From an uncultured Gemmatimonadaceae bacterium (lineage in GTDB: Bacteria > Gemmatimonadota > Gemmatimonadetes > Gemmatimonadales > Gemmatimonadaceae), in contig CAVXGK010000001.1 in the NCBI GenBank assembly GCA_963761305.1, positions 416,001-480,000 on the forward strand: DNA of 64,000 nt. The letters run 5' to 3'. Made by a program: the position numbers and the translations under genes. Positions within the stretch are counted from its first letter, which is position 1. Each line of letters starts with the position of its first letter. The notes beneath the pieces are model-generated. The model was given only the letters and a program-made list of their open reading frames with translations, made no database searches and had not been told where the DNA came from. Positions 1 through 9,781 of this stretch are shown here, in pieces.

Positions 1-37
1 CGAGCGTGCCGTGGAGGCGGTCTTTGGTGGGTGCCAT
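1..37 (-). CDS. 5' end of probable PadR-family transcriptional regulator (runs off window)
   Basis: ATG at 37 gives MAPTKDRLHGTL..., matching the 'L[QH]GTLD' start of Acidobacteria/Gemmatimonadota PadR proteins; palindrome directly upstream. Confidence 0.6.
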   Translation of the reverse strand, partial: MAPTKDRLHGTL

Positions 38-42
38 TGGGC

Positions 43-94
43 CTAGCCTAGAGGTCTAGGCTAGTATTTATCTCGGAATACCTAGATGTCAAGG
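43..94. promoter_or_regulatory. Palindromic operator pair (PadR-type)
   Basis: Perfect inverted repeat CTAGCCTAGA-GG-TCTAGGCTAG (43-64) and an imperfect second copy CCTAGA-TG-TCAAGG (81-94). Confidence 0.65.
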
Positions 95-138
95 GTCATA
101 GTGCGTGGTCGTGGCTTCCGCTATTGCTTCGCTGGCCG

Positions 139-237
139 GCCTAACGAACGCTGAAGCTGAGAAAGGAGCTATTGATGTTTTGCGGCTGCGCGGCAAAACA
201 CTTATATGTCCTTTGCAGCCTGGCTAACCCGTTACGC
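139..237 (+). mobile_element. Integron attC-like site
   Basis: R'' GCCTAAC (RYYYAAC) at 139, R'-like GTTACGC at 231, inner arms CTGAAGCTG/CAGCCTGG, AAAGGA/TCCTTT, TGTTTTGC/GCAAAACA; 99 bp. Confidence 0.7.
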
Positions 238-253
238 GGCACCTCGAGGATTC

Positions 254-421
254 ATGCGAGAGCACATTGCGATTTCAATGGTGTTGATCGTCGCCAGCAC
301 CCCACTGGCCGCCCAGACCCAAGGGTGTGGGCCGGTACCAGTAGTCGTGACCGTCGCGGACGCATGTGTCTATTTCGGAATTGGCCCAGAGGTTGACGAC
401 CTAGTGCGCCCCGATCGATGA
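254..421 (+). CDS. Short signal-peptide ORF, probable truncated cassette gene
   Basis: GAGGA RBS and ATG right after the attC; hydrophobic N-terminus ending in LAA-Q. Confidence 0.3.
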   Translation: MREHIAISMVLIVASTPLAAQTQGCGPVPVVVTVADACVYFGIGPEVDDLVRPDR

Positions 422-503
422 GGCACCTGGTTCCGTTTCGGGACATGGGCTAGGATCGTGCGTGCTGCGCGCGCACTCTTGTGTGTTCCTTTCCGGAGGG
501 GAT

Positions 504-917
504 ATGAGGAGGATCGCGGTCGTCGGATTCGCTATCTGGCTCGCTGCGACGATCGCGCTTCGCGTGTTCGGCCAGCTTGTGTTTCGTGGTCCCGAGGTGT
601 GGAGAATTCTGGCCGTGTTGCTCGCCTCCGTTCCGTTGATGATCCTGGTCGCGCGGGCGGTCCTCGGCGCCCTGGCCCCCGCTGAGCGAGCGCTGGGATC
701 GATCGCGCTCGTCGCGCCGGGCATGCTACTCGACACGGTCAGCACCATCTGGTTCACGCGTGTCTTCCCAAACATTCGCCCTGATGCGGCAGCGGTGTTC
801 GGCGGCTGGCTCCTCCTGTGCAATGCCGTGGTGCTGCTCACAGCGGCGCTATGGCGCCCGCGAACCACCAGCAGTCACGAGGCGAGACCCGTAGCTGCCC
901 TAGGGAGTCTTAGTTGA
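504..917 (+). CDS. Small 4-TM membrane protein (DUF5367-like)
   Basis: GGAGGG RBS; hydrophobic helices with PGMLLD...VFPN...FGGWLL motif. Confidence 0.7.
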   Translation: MRRIAVVGFAIWLAATIALRVFGQLVFRGPEVWRILAVLLASVPLMILVARAVLGALAPAERALGSIALVAPGMLLDTVSTIWFTRVFPNIRPDAAAVFGGWLLLCNAVVLLTAALWRPRTTSSHEARPVAALGSLS

Positions 918-2447
918 CTTTGTCAGATGTTCGCGTACGGCGTTGAGCACTCGCATAGCGAACGCCGCGCCTGGCTCGCCCCCGAGAGCGGGCACCGGCA
1001 GGTCGGGCGCGACGCCCGCCACTTCGTCCGTTCCGTCCGCGCGGAGTCGCACGCAGTTGGGCACTCGAAAGCGCATTCCCGAGTGGGGCAACCGCGCGAG
1101 CCCGTCGCTGTCCAGGAATCCACAGCCGTCCCCACCCGTCCGCGAGCCCACGACGGTGGCGGCGCGGTTGTTCTGCAACAGAGCGGCGAACATCTCGGCG
1201 GATGAATACGTGCGGCGGTCGGTGAGCACGTAGAGCGGTCCGGTCCACGATCCCCAGAATTCCCCGACCCCCGACGGCCAGTAGAGCTCTTTGGCGATGC
1301 CGGCGTTGGAAACGGCGTGCGGGTCGAGCAGCGCAAGTGGGCCGCCGCTGGAGCCGGCGTCGATGAGGCGCTTGCAGTCGTTGGTCGACCAGCTTCGCCG
1401 CTCACTCCAGACCCAGCTCAGGTCGCACGAGGGTTTCTGAACCTGCTGCCGCCGCGATCGGAACAGGGCGAGCTGCTCGCGCACGACCGGCGATGAAGAA
1501 TCGGCTTTGGCCGCGGCTTCCAGCGCTTCCACTTCCTCCTGCATGTAGGGGGTCGCGGCCGCGGAGTCCCAGCTGATCAGTAACGTCGAAGATCGCAGCG
1601 GATTGGCCGAGAAAAGGCTCGGCGCGATATCGCCCGAATCGTCGCCGCCGGAATTGTTGCCGACGTCGATGATCACGGCGGCTGCGCTGTCGGCGCGAAA
1701 CCGGCCGAGCAGCGCCGCCATCGTGGCGTACCACTGGTGCTCGACGTATTGGTGGAGAACGCCACGACGCATCCGGCCTGTTGGTCCCCAAAACTCATCG
1801 CGCGCCCAGGCCGCCCGACACAGCCCTTGGTCTGCCGTCTCCTCGAACGACGGGATGCGCAAGATTCCGATCGGGTGCGGGTCGCCGCTCGCGCGAATCT
1901 CTCCCGCGCGGAAGGGCGTGTCGATGCCATCGGCGAGCAGCCGGAATCCGGGCAGCTGCTCGAAGACGCGCGAGAATTGCGGGAGACCGTCTGGGGCGAA
2001 TCCCAGTGCGGCGCAGCCCGTCGCTGGATCGGCGCGGTCGTAGGTCGGGTCGGCCGGCCGCGCGACGGAATCCCGCCTCGGAAGCTCCGCCGGCGGTAGC
2101 TCGGAAAAGTGCCCGTCGTGAAATGCGGCAACGAAGTTCTGAATGGCCAGGCGGGCTTCTTCATTGCTCGTCGCCGCGGCCAGGGCGGCCGTGGTTCTTC
2201 GATCGAGCGCCGGAAGGTCGACGCCCCCCTCAGGTGCGGCGAACCAGGCGAGGTTGGAGTACCGTTGCTCCAACACCCGCTTGAAAAACGCATAATCGTC
2301 CCGCCAGGCGCCGCGGTCGAATGGCGCCGCGGGCACCTGCGCGAGCGCGATGGACGCCGCCCCAACGGACAAGCACACCGCTTGGAGGCAGCGCCGGGGC
2401 CAGCGCCATCCGCACCCTTCGCGCCCCCTCGAGTGAACGAATCGCAT
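900..2447 (-). CDS. Secreted S41-family peptidase
   Basis: Signal peptide; DGHF, IIDVGNNSGG, TYSSAEMF, VGSRTGG, GVAPD motifs. Confidence 0.85.
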   Translation of the reverse strand: MRFVHSRGREGCGWRWPRRCLQAVCLSVGAASIALAQVPAAPFDRGAWRDDYAFFKRVLEQRYSNLAWFAAPEGGVDLPALDRRTTAALAAATSNEEARLAIQNFVAAFHDGHFSELPPAELPRRDSVARPADPTYDRADPATGCAALGFAPDGLPQFSRVFEQLPGFRLLADGIDTPFRAGEIRASGDPHPIGILRIPSFEETADQGLCRAAWARDEFWGPTGRMRRGVLHQYVEHQWYATMAALLGRFRADSAAAVIIDVGNNSGGDDSGDIAPSLFSANPLRSSTLLISWDSAAATPYMQEEVEALEAAAKADSSSPVVREQLALFRSRRQQVQKPSCDLSWVWSERRSWSTNDCKRLIDAGSSGGPLALLDPHAVSNAGIAKELYWPSGVGEFWGSWTGPLYVLTDRRTYSSAEMFAALLQNNRAATVVGSRTGGDGCGFLDSDGLARLPHSGMRFRVPNCVRLRADGTDEVAGVAPDLPVPALGGEPGAAFAMRVLNAVREHLTKSTKTP

Positions 2448-2508
2448 GTCGCGGAGTCTAAAGAAGTATCCGCCGCGGCGCTTTCATCCTGCGAACCACT
2501 TTGCACGC

Positions 2509-3270
2509 ATGAAACACATCGACGCGCTCACCCCGCTGAGAGTGACCGACTATCCGGCCCGCGGCGCGATGGCGCCGCACTGGCACGAGGAGCCGTCGCT
2601 CATCGTCGTTGCGGCTGGAACCTACCTGGAGCGCATCGCCGGGCGGGAAGCCGAGCAACGGCGCGGATCCATGTTGCTGTATCCGGCAGGCGCGGTCCAC
2701 TCACAGCGATTCGGTCCGCGTGGCGTTCGCAAGATCGTGTTTTCGCCCGACGCATCGTGTTTGGAGTATCTGCGTGAGCACAACGTCGTGCTCGATCGCC
2801 CGCGATCGGTGAAGCTCGAAGGAACGACGTACTTGGCCGAGCGCGTCATCGCCGAATCGCGCCGGACCGATGCCTTCGCGCCCATGGCACTGGAAGGACT
2901 CACGATGGAGCTGGTCGCCGCCTTCGCTCGTTGGAATGAGGGCCCTCGGCGCCCCACGGCGCCCGGGTGGATCGGCGCCGTCCGTGACGCGGTGGACGAC
3001 GCCACAGCCGAGGCTCCGTCGCTCGCGGCGCTCGGCGAGATGGTCGGCAAGCACCCGGTTCACGTCGCGCGCGAGTTTCGCCGTCAGTTCGGAATCTCAA
3101 TTGGCGAGTTCCGGCGGAGGCGACGACTCGAGCGCGCCGCGGAGCTGCTTCAGAGCCGTATTCCGCTCACGGAAATCGCGTTCACGTGCGGCTTCGCGAG
3201 CCAGTCGCATTTCTGCAGGGCGTTCAAGGCGGCCTACGGAGTGACGCCGTCGCAGCGTCGACGCGGCTAG
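2509..3270 (+). CDS. AraC-family transcriptional regulator
   Basis: Cupin HWHE N-terminus; C-terminal EIAFTCGFASQSHFCRAFK; divergent from the S41 gene. Confidence 0.9.
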   Translation: MKHIDALTPLRVTDYPARGAMAPHWHEEPSLIVVAAGTYLERIAGREAEQRRGSMLLYPAGAVHSQRFGPRGVRKIVFSPDASCLEYLREHNVVLDRPRSVKLEGTTYLAERVIAESRRTDAFAPMALEGLTMELVAAFARWNEGPRRPTAPGWIGAVRDAVDDATAEAPSLAALGEMVGKHPVHVAREFRRQFGISIGEFRRRRRLERAAELLQSRIPLTEIAFTCGFASQSHFCRAFKAAYGVTPSQRRRG

Positions 3271-3789
3271 CATGCAGTGCACGTCGGGCATCTCTCTGTG
3301 ATTCACCCATCGGCCCACGGCGGCGCGGGCAAGACCGTACCAGGCCGGGAAAAATTGTCGACGGAAACTTCTCGGAGGCAGCACGGTTTCACGACCTCGA
3401 CCGCCTCTTCGAGGAGCGTCACGGCAGCATTGACGAGTATCGTCGCGCTAGCACGGTACCCAGCCTACGCGCGGCGCAATGTCGAGACGTGAGAAATTGA
3501 CGCCGGGCCCTCGAGTTCAGGGTCGCCTTCCTCGGGTTGCATGACGTACCACCGACGAAGCGTTCATCGGCGGCGCCGACCATTCGGCGATCGATCGCAA
3601 CGCGAATCGACTTTCTCACCGCGGCACCGATCTACGGCGGGCTCGCCGCAGGAGCGAGTTAGCCCGCCCCGCGCCGCTGGTTGCCGGGTTTCACATCGGG
3701 GCCATCGTGCTTACCGATCAGATCATTCGACGGCCGATAGTCACCCGTGTGGGACGAGGCGCTGATTCCTCCGAGCGCTCCGTGACCCA

Positions 3790-4047
3790 AGTAGCCGGGA
3801 TGTGTTTCACCGACGGCAGCGAGATCGCTGTCCTCAGGTGACGGCTCGGTGGGGCCTCCCCGGCGGCCATCCCGAACCCGGCGAGTCATGGGGTGCCATC
3901 AACGAAGCGCCGCACTACCAGCTGCGCTTCTGGGCGCGCGTTGAGCTACGCACATTCGCGCCGCGGCACGAGATGATGGAGCGCACGCTACGTTCTGCCG
4001 ACCGAGTTCGAAGACAGGCTTGTGGGGAAGTGTCCCATCGCAACTGA
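3790..4047 (+). pseudogene. NUDIX hydrolase remnant
   Basis: Half NUDIX box WGLPGGHPEPGES without the REXXEE part; broken frames upstream. Confidence 0.5.
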
Positions 4048-4108
4048 ACTTCACGCGGTCGCGCTCAAATCGACGTCAAATCTTTGAGATGCGCGCGCGC
4101 CCTTCAGT

Positions 4109-4158
4109 TCGGGGTAGGTTCTCCGCCGTGCGATCAGCGCAAGAACGAGTCGGCTTCG
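4109..4158 (+). repeat. 50-bp dispersed hairpin repeat, copy 1
   Basis: Matches 52768-52817 with 4 mismatches. Confidence 0.8.
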
Positions 4159-4351
4159 GTCGGTTCAAAGCTCAGATGTGGGGCCTTGCGGCAATGTCCT
4201 GGCGCCACGGTCGCCGTGCGCGGGGCGGGTGGTCATTCAATCGACCGCACGAGCGCGGACTAGGCCCGCTCGATGCCAGCATTATGAGATCGTCACTCAA
4301 CGCTCAGGGGCGATGCGGAATAGCGAACGCTAGTCGTACCATTCGCCCTTC

Positions 4352-4849
4352 ATGTACACCATCCGTTGCACGCAGCGTCTCCTCGATCGGCTCGGCAAGC
4401 CCGCGGTCGAGCCGGTAGAACCAACGACGGTCCTCGGCGACTGGTACGCCAACGTCCTGAGCGTTGGCCGCCTGCGGCTCGTGCTGTGCACGAGCGAGCG
4501 CACGCTCCTCACGGTGCTCGTTCCGGCCAAGGACCTCCCCTCGCTGCCCGCGCGGCTTACCGCCGCCGCGGGTCGGATGCTCGCCCGCCTCGACGTTCCT
4601 TCTCGTGAAATCGCGCGTGAAGAGCGCGAGATGAGTTGGCATCAACTGGGGCGCACCGCCAGCCGCCAAATCCTCGGATCGATGAACGACTTCGCGTTTC
4701 TGGCCGAGACGTACATTCGCGACGACGGTCCCGAGGCCGACCTCGATGACATCGCGAGCGCCTTGAACCGTGCGCCCTGTCGGCCCATTCAGTACGATTC
4801 GCCAGAACGGGCCACCCAGGCGATCTTTCGCCGTGACAACATCCTATAG
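4352..4849 (+). CDS. DUF6933-like protein
   Basis: IRCTQRLL...LGDWYAN...SERTLL...GSMNDF pattern. Confidence 0.7.
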   Translation: MYTIRCTQRLLDRLGKPAVEPVEPTTVLGDWYANVLSVGRLRLVLCTSERTLLTVLVPAKDLPSLPARLTAAAGRMLARLDVPSREIAREEREMSWHQLGRTASRQILGSMNDFAFLAETYIRDDGPEADLDDIASALNRAPCRPIQYDSPERATQAIFRRDNIL

Positions 4850-4863
4850 AGGAGTTCTCCATC

Positions 4864-5157
4864 GTGCCCCGTTCCCGCACCCGCCGTCCCCGCGCCGTCT
4901 CGGAATCCGTGATTCCGAAGACAGTTTTCGCCAAGGAAATCGCAACGATTCTCGACGACGAGCAACTTACTCAGACTGAGGCGGCGTACATCATGCGCGA
5001 CGCGCCGTCGCAGATCTCGCTCGTCGTGACGGGAAAGCTGCGCGGCTTCGCCGTCGATCGACTCGTTCGCATGCTGCTCCGTTTGGGCCGTGACGTCGAC
5101 ATCACCACGCGCCCGGCGCGCGGCCGGACGGGCAAGGTGACAGTCAGCCGGCGATAG
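4864..5157 (+). CDS. XRE-family HTH protein (HigA-like/HTH_37)
   Basis: LTQTEAA...SQIS...GKLRGFAVDRLVRML..LGRDVDI. Confidence 0.8.
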   Translation: MPRSRTRRPRAVSESVIPKTVFAKEIATILDDEQLTQTEAAYIMRDAPSQISLVVTGKLRGFAVDRLVRMLLRLGRDVDITTRPARGRTGKVTVSRR

Positions 5158-5164
5158 CGGTCAG

Positions 5165-6168
5165 GTGCGCACGATACGGACGGCAGCCTGTCTCTTGATC
5201 GCCGCGGCGGCGTTGTCGGCGCGCCCCGTCATCGCCCAGTCGATTCGAGTCACCACGGCGGACCTGAACCTTCGCCCGCAGCCGACCACGGCTTCGCACG
5301 CTATCTCCGTCATCCCTGAGGGCGACACAGTGCGTGTCATCCCCGGGCCGGACTCGATCCGTTCAGGCTATTACCACGTGGTGCGGGCGAACGGCGATTC
5401 GGGCTGGGCGTACGGTCACTACCTGCACTCTCCGACCACGGCCGTTGCGGAGAACGTCACGACGACGACCGTTCCGTCGAGCGCAATCTCGCCGAGTTGG
5501 GATAAGAAAGATCCCAACCACGTACCGATGCCGAAGGAGGACACGGCGTCGAAGGTCTGCGCATGGAGCGGGCAGCCGGGGAACACGGAAACGATCGTCG
5601 CCGGCCTCAAGAACCGAACCGACACGGCCGCGGTGTATCACGCCGTGACCTGGGATGCGCTGGCGCATCTTCCTTGGCCGAGGGCGCGACGACGCATCGG
5701 CAACCCTCGGCGGACGGGACACCGGGATGGACGCAGGCGCAGCTCGATTCCATCGCGCCGTATGAGCGCGAGGCCCTCGTCGTCACGGGGTTCGTCGCCA
5801 AGATTCGAAAACAGTCCTCGAACCAGGAGGCCACGAACTGCAAGTGGAACGGCGAGCTGAATACCGATTGGCACATCGAGTTCGTAGGAAACTTCTCCAA
5901 TGGCCAGGTCGAGAGCGAGAAGGAGGCGGTCGTCGTCGAAACAACGCCGAGGTTCAAACGCGTGCACCCGAAATGGGCCAATCTCGAGCAGTTCGCCAAT
6001 CCGGCCCATTCGACGGACTCGGTACGGGTGAGCGGATGGCTGATGCTCGATCCGGAGCACAAGGCGCACCTGGGACTGTATCGTCAGACGTTGTGGGAGA
6101 TTCACCCGATCACGAGACTCGAGGTTTTCCAGAACGGGAAGTGGGTCGATCTCGACAGCCTGCCCTAG
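5165..6168 (+). pseudogene. Secreted SH3b + OB-fold-like (WEIHP motif) protein, frameshifted near 5681
   Basis: Signal peptide and SH3b (LNLRPQP...GWAYGHYL) in one frame; DWHI...VVETTPR...WEIHPIT in another; joined by a one-base indel. Confidence 0.65.
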
Positions 6169-6474
6169 GGCGGCGGGAGCCGACATGGAATCGGCGATCG
6201 GGCTCGATGCCGCACCGGGCGCGCGGTTTCCGCGGGATCGCCTGGCTCGGTTCCGACGAAAGATTAGAGCGATCTAATGTTTGGGCCCATATGAATCCGC
6301 CCCCGCCCCACCCTGGCTCCCTCCCCCGTCCCTCGCCAAGATTTGCTCCCCTTCGCGGCGACGTGCTGACCGTCGGCTGACGCTCGCGCCGAGATTGGGG
6401 GGCGCGGGCACGGAATGCGGCCCGCGGCCAGACAGACGGAACGACTTTCCATGCCTACCGGGGGGAGGGCGCGG

Positions 6475-9400
6475 ATGATCATCCTGAAGACGCTTGGCGC
6501 CGTTTCGATCGAGATCGAGGACGTCGTGTCGGCCTACCGCCGCCAACTCGCCAAGCCGACCCAGTCCTGTACGACGCCTCGCGCATGGCGGCGCTTCGCG
6601 CTCTTGCTCTATCTCGCTGCGGAGCATGGACGCTCGGCGTCGCGAGATCAGCTGACGACCCTGATCTTTCCCGACAAGGCCCCGCCCGCGGATGCGCACT
6701 CGCTTCGCGAGCTGATCTACCAACTGCGACGCGCCGGCGTGCCGATCGTGAGCACTGGGCGCCAATACATAATCGAGTCGCGGTTCGTGCGCGCCGACTA
6801 CGACGAAGCGCTTTCCGCGCCCACGCTCGACGACGAAACGCTGAACGCCATGCTGGGTGGATTCCTTCCCACCGTCACGGCGCCGTGGAGCGAGGCGTAC
6901 ACGGAGTGGCTCGACGCGTGGCGTGCCGCCCGGATCGGCGAGCTCACTCGCCGCACGGTCGTGCAGATCGAGCAGGCTACCCATGCCGGTAGCTGGGAGG
7001 CCGTCGAGCGAGCCGCACGGGCGTGCCTCGGGGTCGATCCGTGGAACGAGACGGCGACGTTCTCGTTGGCCGAGGGTCTCGCCGTGGGTGGATCGAAGGC
7101 CGCCGCATTCCAGCTTCTCGACCGGTACATCGCCGAGGTGGCGCCGCAGTCCGCGGACCTCGCCGGGCGCGCCACGCGCCGCCGGCGCCGCATGAGCGAC
7201 GGGCCGTCGACTACGGTTCTTCGAGGCACAGGCTCCGGCGCCATCGACGACAACGGGGCGGCTTCGCCGCGTCTTATAGGTCGGGCCGGTGAACTGGGTA
7301 CGCTCATCGCCACATTCGATCGCGCCGAAGCCGGCGAGTCCCAATGCTTCGTCGTCGCCGGCGAGGCGGGCATCGGCAAGACTCGGCTCGTCGCCGACTT
7401 TTCGGCGGCCGCGCAGCTGCGTCAGGCGCACGTCGAACGCGTGACCATCCAGCCGCACGATGGCGACCGCCCGATGGGCGCCTTCGTCGACCTCGTTCCC
7501 GGGCTGCTCGAGGCCAACGGCGCGCTCGGCTGCTCCGAGGCGTCGATGGCGGCGCTCAGGAATCTCATCGGCCAGCGAGGCGCGGACGACGCGTCGCCCC
7601 AGACCGCCGGATCCGACGAGCACGAGCAGCGATGGTCGGCCGTGTCACGCGCTGTGGTGGACCTCTGCGACGCGATCGCGTCCGAGCAAACGCTGGTGCT
7701 GGTGATCGAAGACGCCCACTGGCTGGACGCGCTGTCGGCGAACACGATCGGACGCATCGTCGGCACCAAGCGCAAGGCGCGCATTCTGGTCGTCGCCACG
7801 ACGCGCGATCCGCGGCCGCTGGTGCGCGAGATCCGATTGACCGAGCGATGCCAGACCATCTCGCTGGGACAGTTGACGCCCGTCGCGGCGGCCGAGTTGC
7901 TCGACATCGTGCTTCCCATACAGGACCGCCGCGTGCGCGAGGACTGGATCGGCGAATCCCTTCAGTCGCTCAAAGACCGCATCGCCTCGATCTCGGCGGG
8001 CAATCCGCTGTTCTTGATCTCGCTCGCCGCCCACTCGCGCGCCCATCGCGGGCCGTTCGAGGTGCCGGGCACGATCGTCGAGACCTTCGCCCAGCGCATC
8101 GACGCCCTCTCGCACCGAGCGATGACCCTTCTCGCGACGTGCGCCCAGTTGGGGAAGCACAGCACGATCAAGCGTCTCGTGCTTGCCATGGAGATGAAGA
8201 AGCACGCGCTGGTGGAGGCGCTGCTGGAGCTCACCGACAGCGGCCTGGTCCTCCGCGACGCGCAGGCCGCGAACCTCACGCATCCGCTGGTGTCGGAAGC
8301 GCTTCGCACGCGCCTCCACGAACTCGCCCGCCGCGCGGTTGCCGACGCGGTCGCGGGCACGCTGGAGAAGGAAGCCGAAGGCGGCCAGTCGCCGGCTCTG
8401 TGGTGGGACGTAGCCGAGAGCTGGCGTGTGGCGGACAATCCGGAGAAGGCGATCCATGCGCTCAAGCGGTGCGCACAGCATGCCCTCGAGATTGGTCGGC
8501 CGGGGGAGGCGGCGAGAATTCTCTACGAGGCGGCGGCGCTTCCACAGCCGGTAGAATATTTGCTCGAGATGAGCGAAATACTGATTCGCGCCGCCGACGA
8601 AGCCGCCGAATATCCGTTGGTGTTGCGAGGATTCCAATTGCGCCGCCAAGCTCACCCGGCTCCACGACACGACGAAATCGAGGAGCTCGAGTGGAGGGCT
8701 CTACTCGCCCTCGACCATTCGGAGCGACCGTTCGCCCAGAGGCTCCACCAGTGCTTGTTGGCTCAAGAAGCAAGCCCGCGGCATCGGACTGCTGCAGCGA
8801 TAATGCTTCTCAAATGCGCTGACATGTTCGGACGACGGGACCTCGGTCTGTTCGCTACCAAACACGTGTCCGCAAATGACCTCGCTATGGTTGATCCATT
8901 GGTCGCTCTTGAGTTTGAGCTCCTCAAGGCATCCGTGCGAGGGCGCCGCGCCGCCGCTGCAGCCGTTGGACGTAAGATCCTAGAGAAGTCCGCGAGATCG
9001 CTCGAGCCGGCCCCACTTCACCTTCAGCGCAATGCCGCGACGGCGATCCGGCTAGCGGGCGACGCGACGGGCGCTATCGAAGCCTTCGAGGAGCTCTATC
9101 GGAAAGCGGATCGGGGGCGTTCGCCGAAAGCACAGCTCTACTCGTGCCTGCAGCTCTCCTCGACCTATCGAGATCTAGGCGTGGATACGGACGCGGACGT
9201 GTGGCTGAGCCGTGCCATGAGCATCGCCGCGGACTCCGACCATTTGACAACTGACTTTGAATTGGTAGCCGCACGAATCGAGACGGCCATCGGCCACGGT
9301 CATTTTGAGAGGGCAGAGATCGCGATGCGGGAGGGAGACGCCGCGGCGACGTTCTCTGGCGCCATATGCCGGCGCTTCCGCCGCGCCGCTGAGCTGGCGA

Positions 9401-9744
9401 TTCAAGTGGCGGCGGGCCACCGTGGTCAGTCCACGCGTGAACTCGTTCGCGCGATCGCGGACGACGACTTGAGAAGCATGACGGGCATCCGCGAATTTGA
9501 AATCGCGGTCCTGGTTGACGCGCTTGGGCGTCTCGGTCTCGCGGACGACGCTAAGGCAACACTGGCGGCTTACCTTGCAGCGCGAGATGAACTGCGGCCT
9601 CTATCCGCACTCCTTACACGATCCGCGCATGTAGCGGGCTGCGAAGCCCTCACCGAACGGTTCAACCGTTCTTCAGCAGCCAGGTGGCGACAGAGCAAGA
9701 AGAGAAAGCGCGCCCCGGAAGAGGCAATCGAGTTGCAGGCCTAG
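6475..9744 (+). CDS. Large BTAD/SARP-like + STAND AAA ATPase + helical-repeat transcriptional regulator
   Basis: wHTH-like start (LKTLG...LLLYLA...SRDQLTTLIFP), BTAD (ACLGVDPWNE), Walker A GEAGIGKT, Walker B LVIEDAHW, GNPLF, HPLV. Confidence 0.85.
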   Translation: MIILKTLGAVSIEIEDVVSAYRRQLAKPTQSCTTPRAWRRFALLLYLAAEHGRSASRDQLTTLIFPDKAPPADAHSLRELIYQLRRAGVPIVSTGRQYIIESRFVRADYDEALSAPTLDDETLNAMLGGFLPTVTAPWSEAYTEWLDAWRAARIGELTRRTVVQIEQATHAGSWEAVERAARACLGVDPWNETATFSLAEGLAVGGSKAAAFQLLDRYIAEVAPQSADLAGRATRRRRRMSDGPSTTVLRGTGSGAIDDNGAASPRLIGRAGELGTLIATFDRAEAGESQCFVVAGEAGIGKTRLVADFSAAAQLRQAHVERVTIQPHDGDRPMGAFVDLVPGLLEANGALGCSEASMAALRNLIGQRGADDASPQTAGSDEHEQRWSAVSRAVVDLCDAIASEQTLVLVIEDAHWLDALSANTIGRIVGTKRKARILVVATTRDPRPLVREIRLTERCQTISLGQLTPVAAAELLDIVLPIQDRRVREDWIGESLQSLKDRIASISAGNPLFLISLAAHSRAHRGPFEVPGTIVETFAQRIDALSHRAMTLLATCAQLGKHSTIKRLVLAMEMKKHALVEALLELTDSGLVLRDAQAANLTHPLVSEALRTRLHELARRAVADAVAGTLEKEAEGGQSPALWWDVAESWRVADNPEKAIHALKRCAQHALEIGRPGEAARILYEAAALPQPVEYLLEMSEILIRAADEAAEYPLVLRGFQLRRQAHPAPRHDEIEELEWRALLALDHSERPFAQRLHQCLLAQEASPRHRTAAAIMLLKCADMFGRRDLGLFATKHVSANDLAMVDPLVALEFELLKASVRGRRAAAAAVGRKILEKSARSLEPAPLHLQRNAATAIRLAGDATGAIEAFEELYRKADRGRSPKAQLYSCLQLSSTYRDLGVDTDADVWLSRAMSIAADSDHLTTDFELVAARIETAIGHGHFERAEIAMREGDAAATFSGAICRRFRRAAELAIQVAAGHRGQSTRELVRAIADDDLRSMTGIREFEIAVLVDALGRLGLADDAKATLAAYLAARDELRPLSALLTRSAHVAGCEALTERFNRSSAARWRQSKKRKRAPEEAIELQA

Positions 9745-9781
9745 GAATGAGCGCGGGACTCCTCGAATTGCGGTTAGGGCG

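Noticed and set aside
6274..7623. Long antisense ORFs (also 13063-14133, 22962-24278, 34419-35966, 45619-46998, 49056-50687)
   Set aside because: Typical high-GC mirror frames of well-supported genes; no motifs
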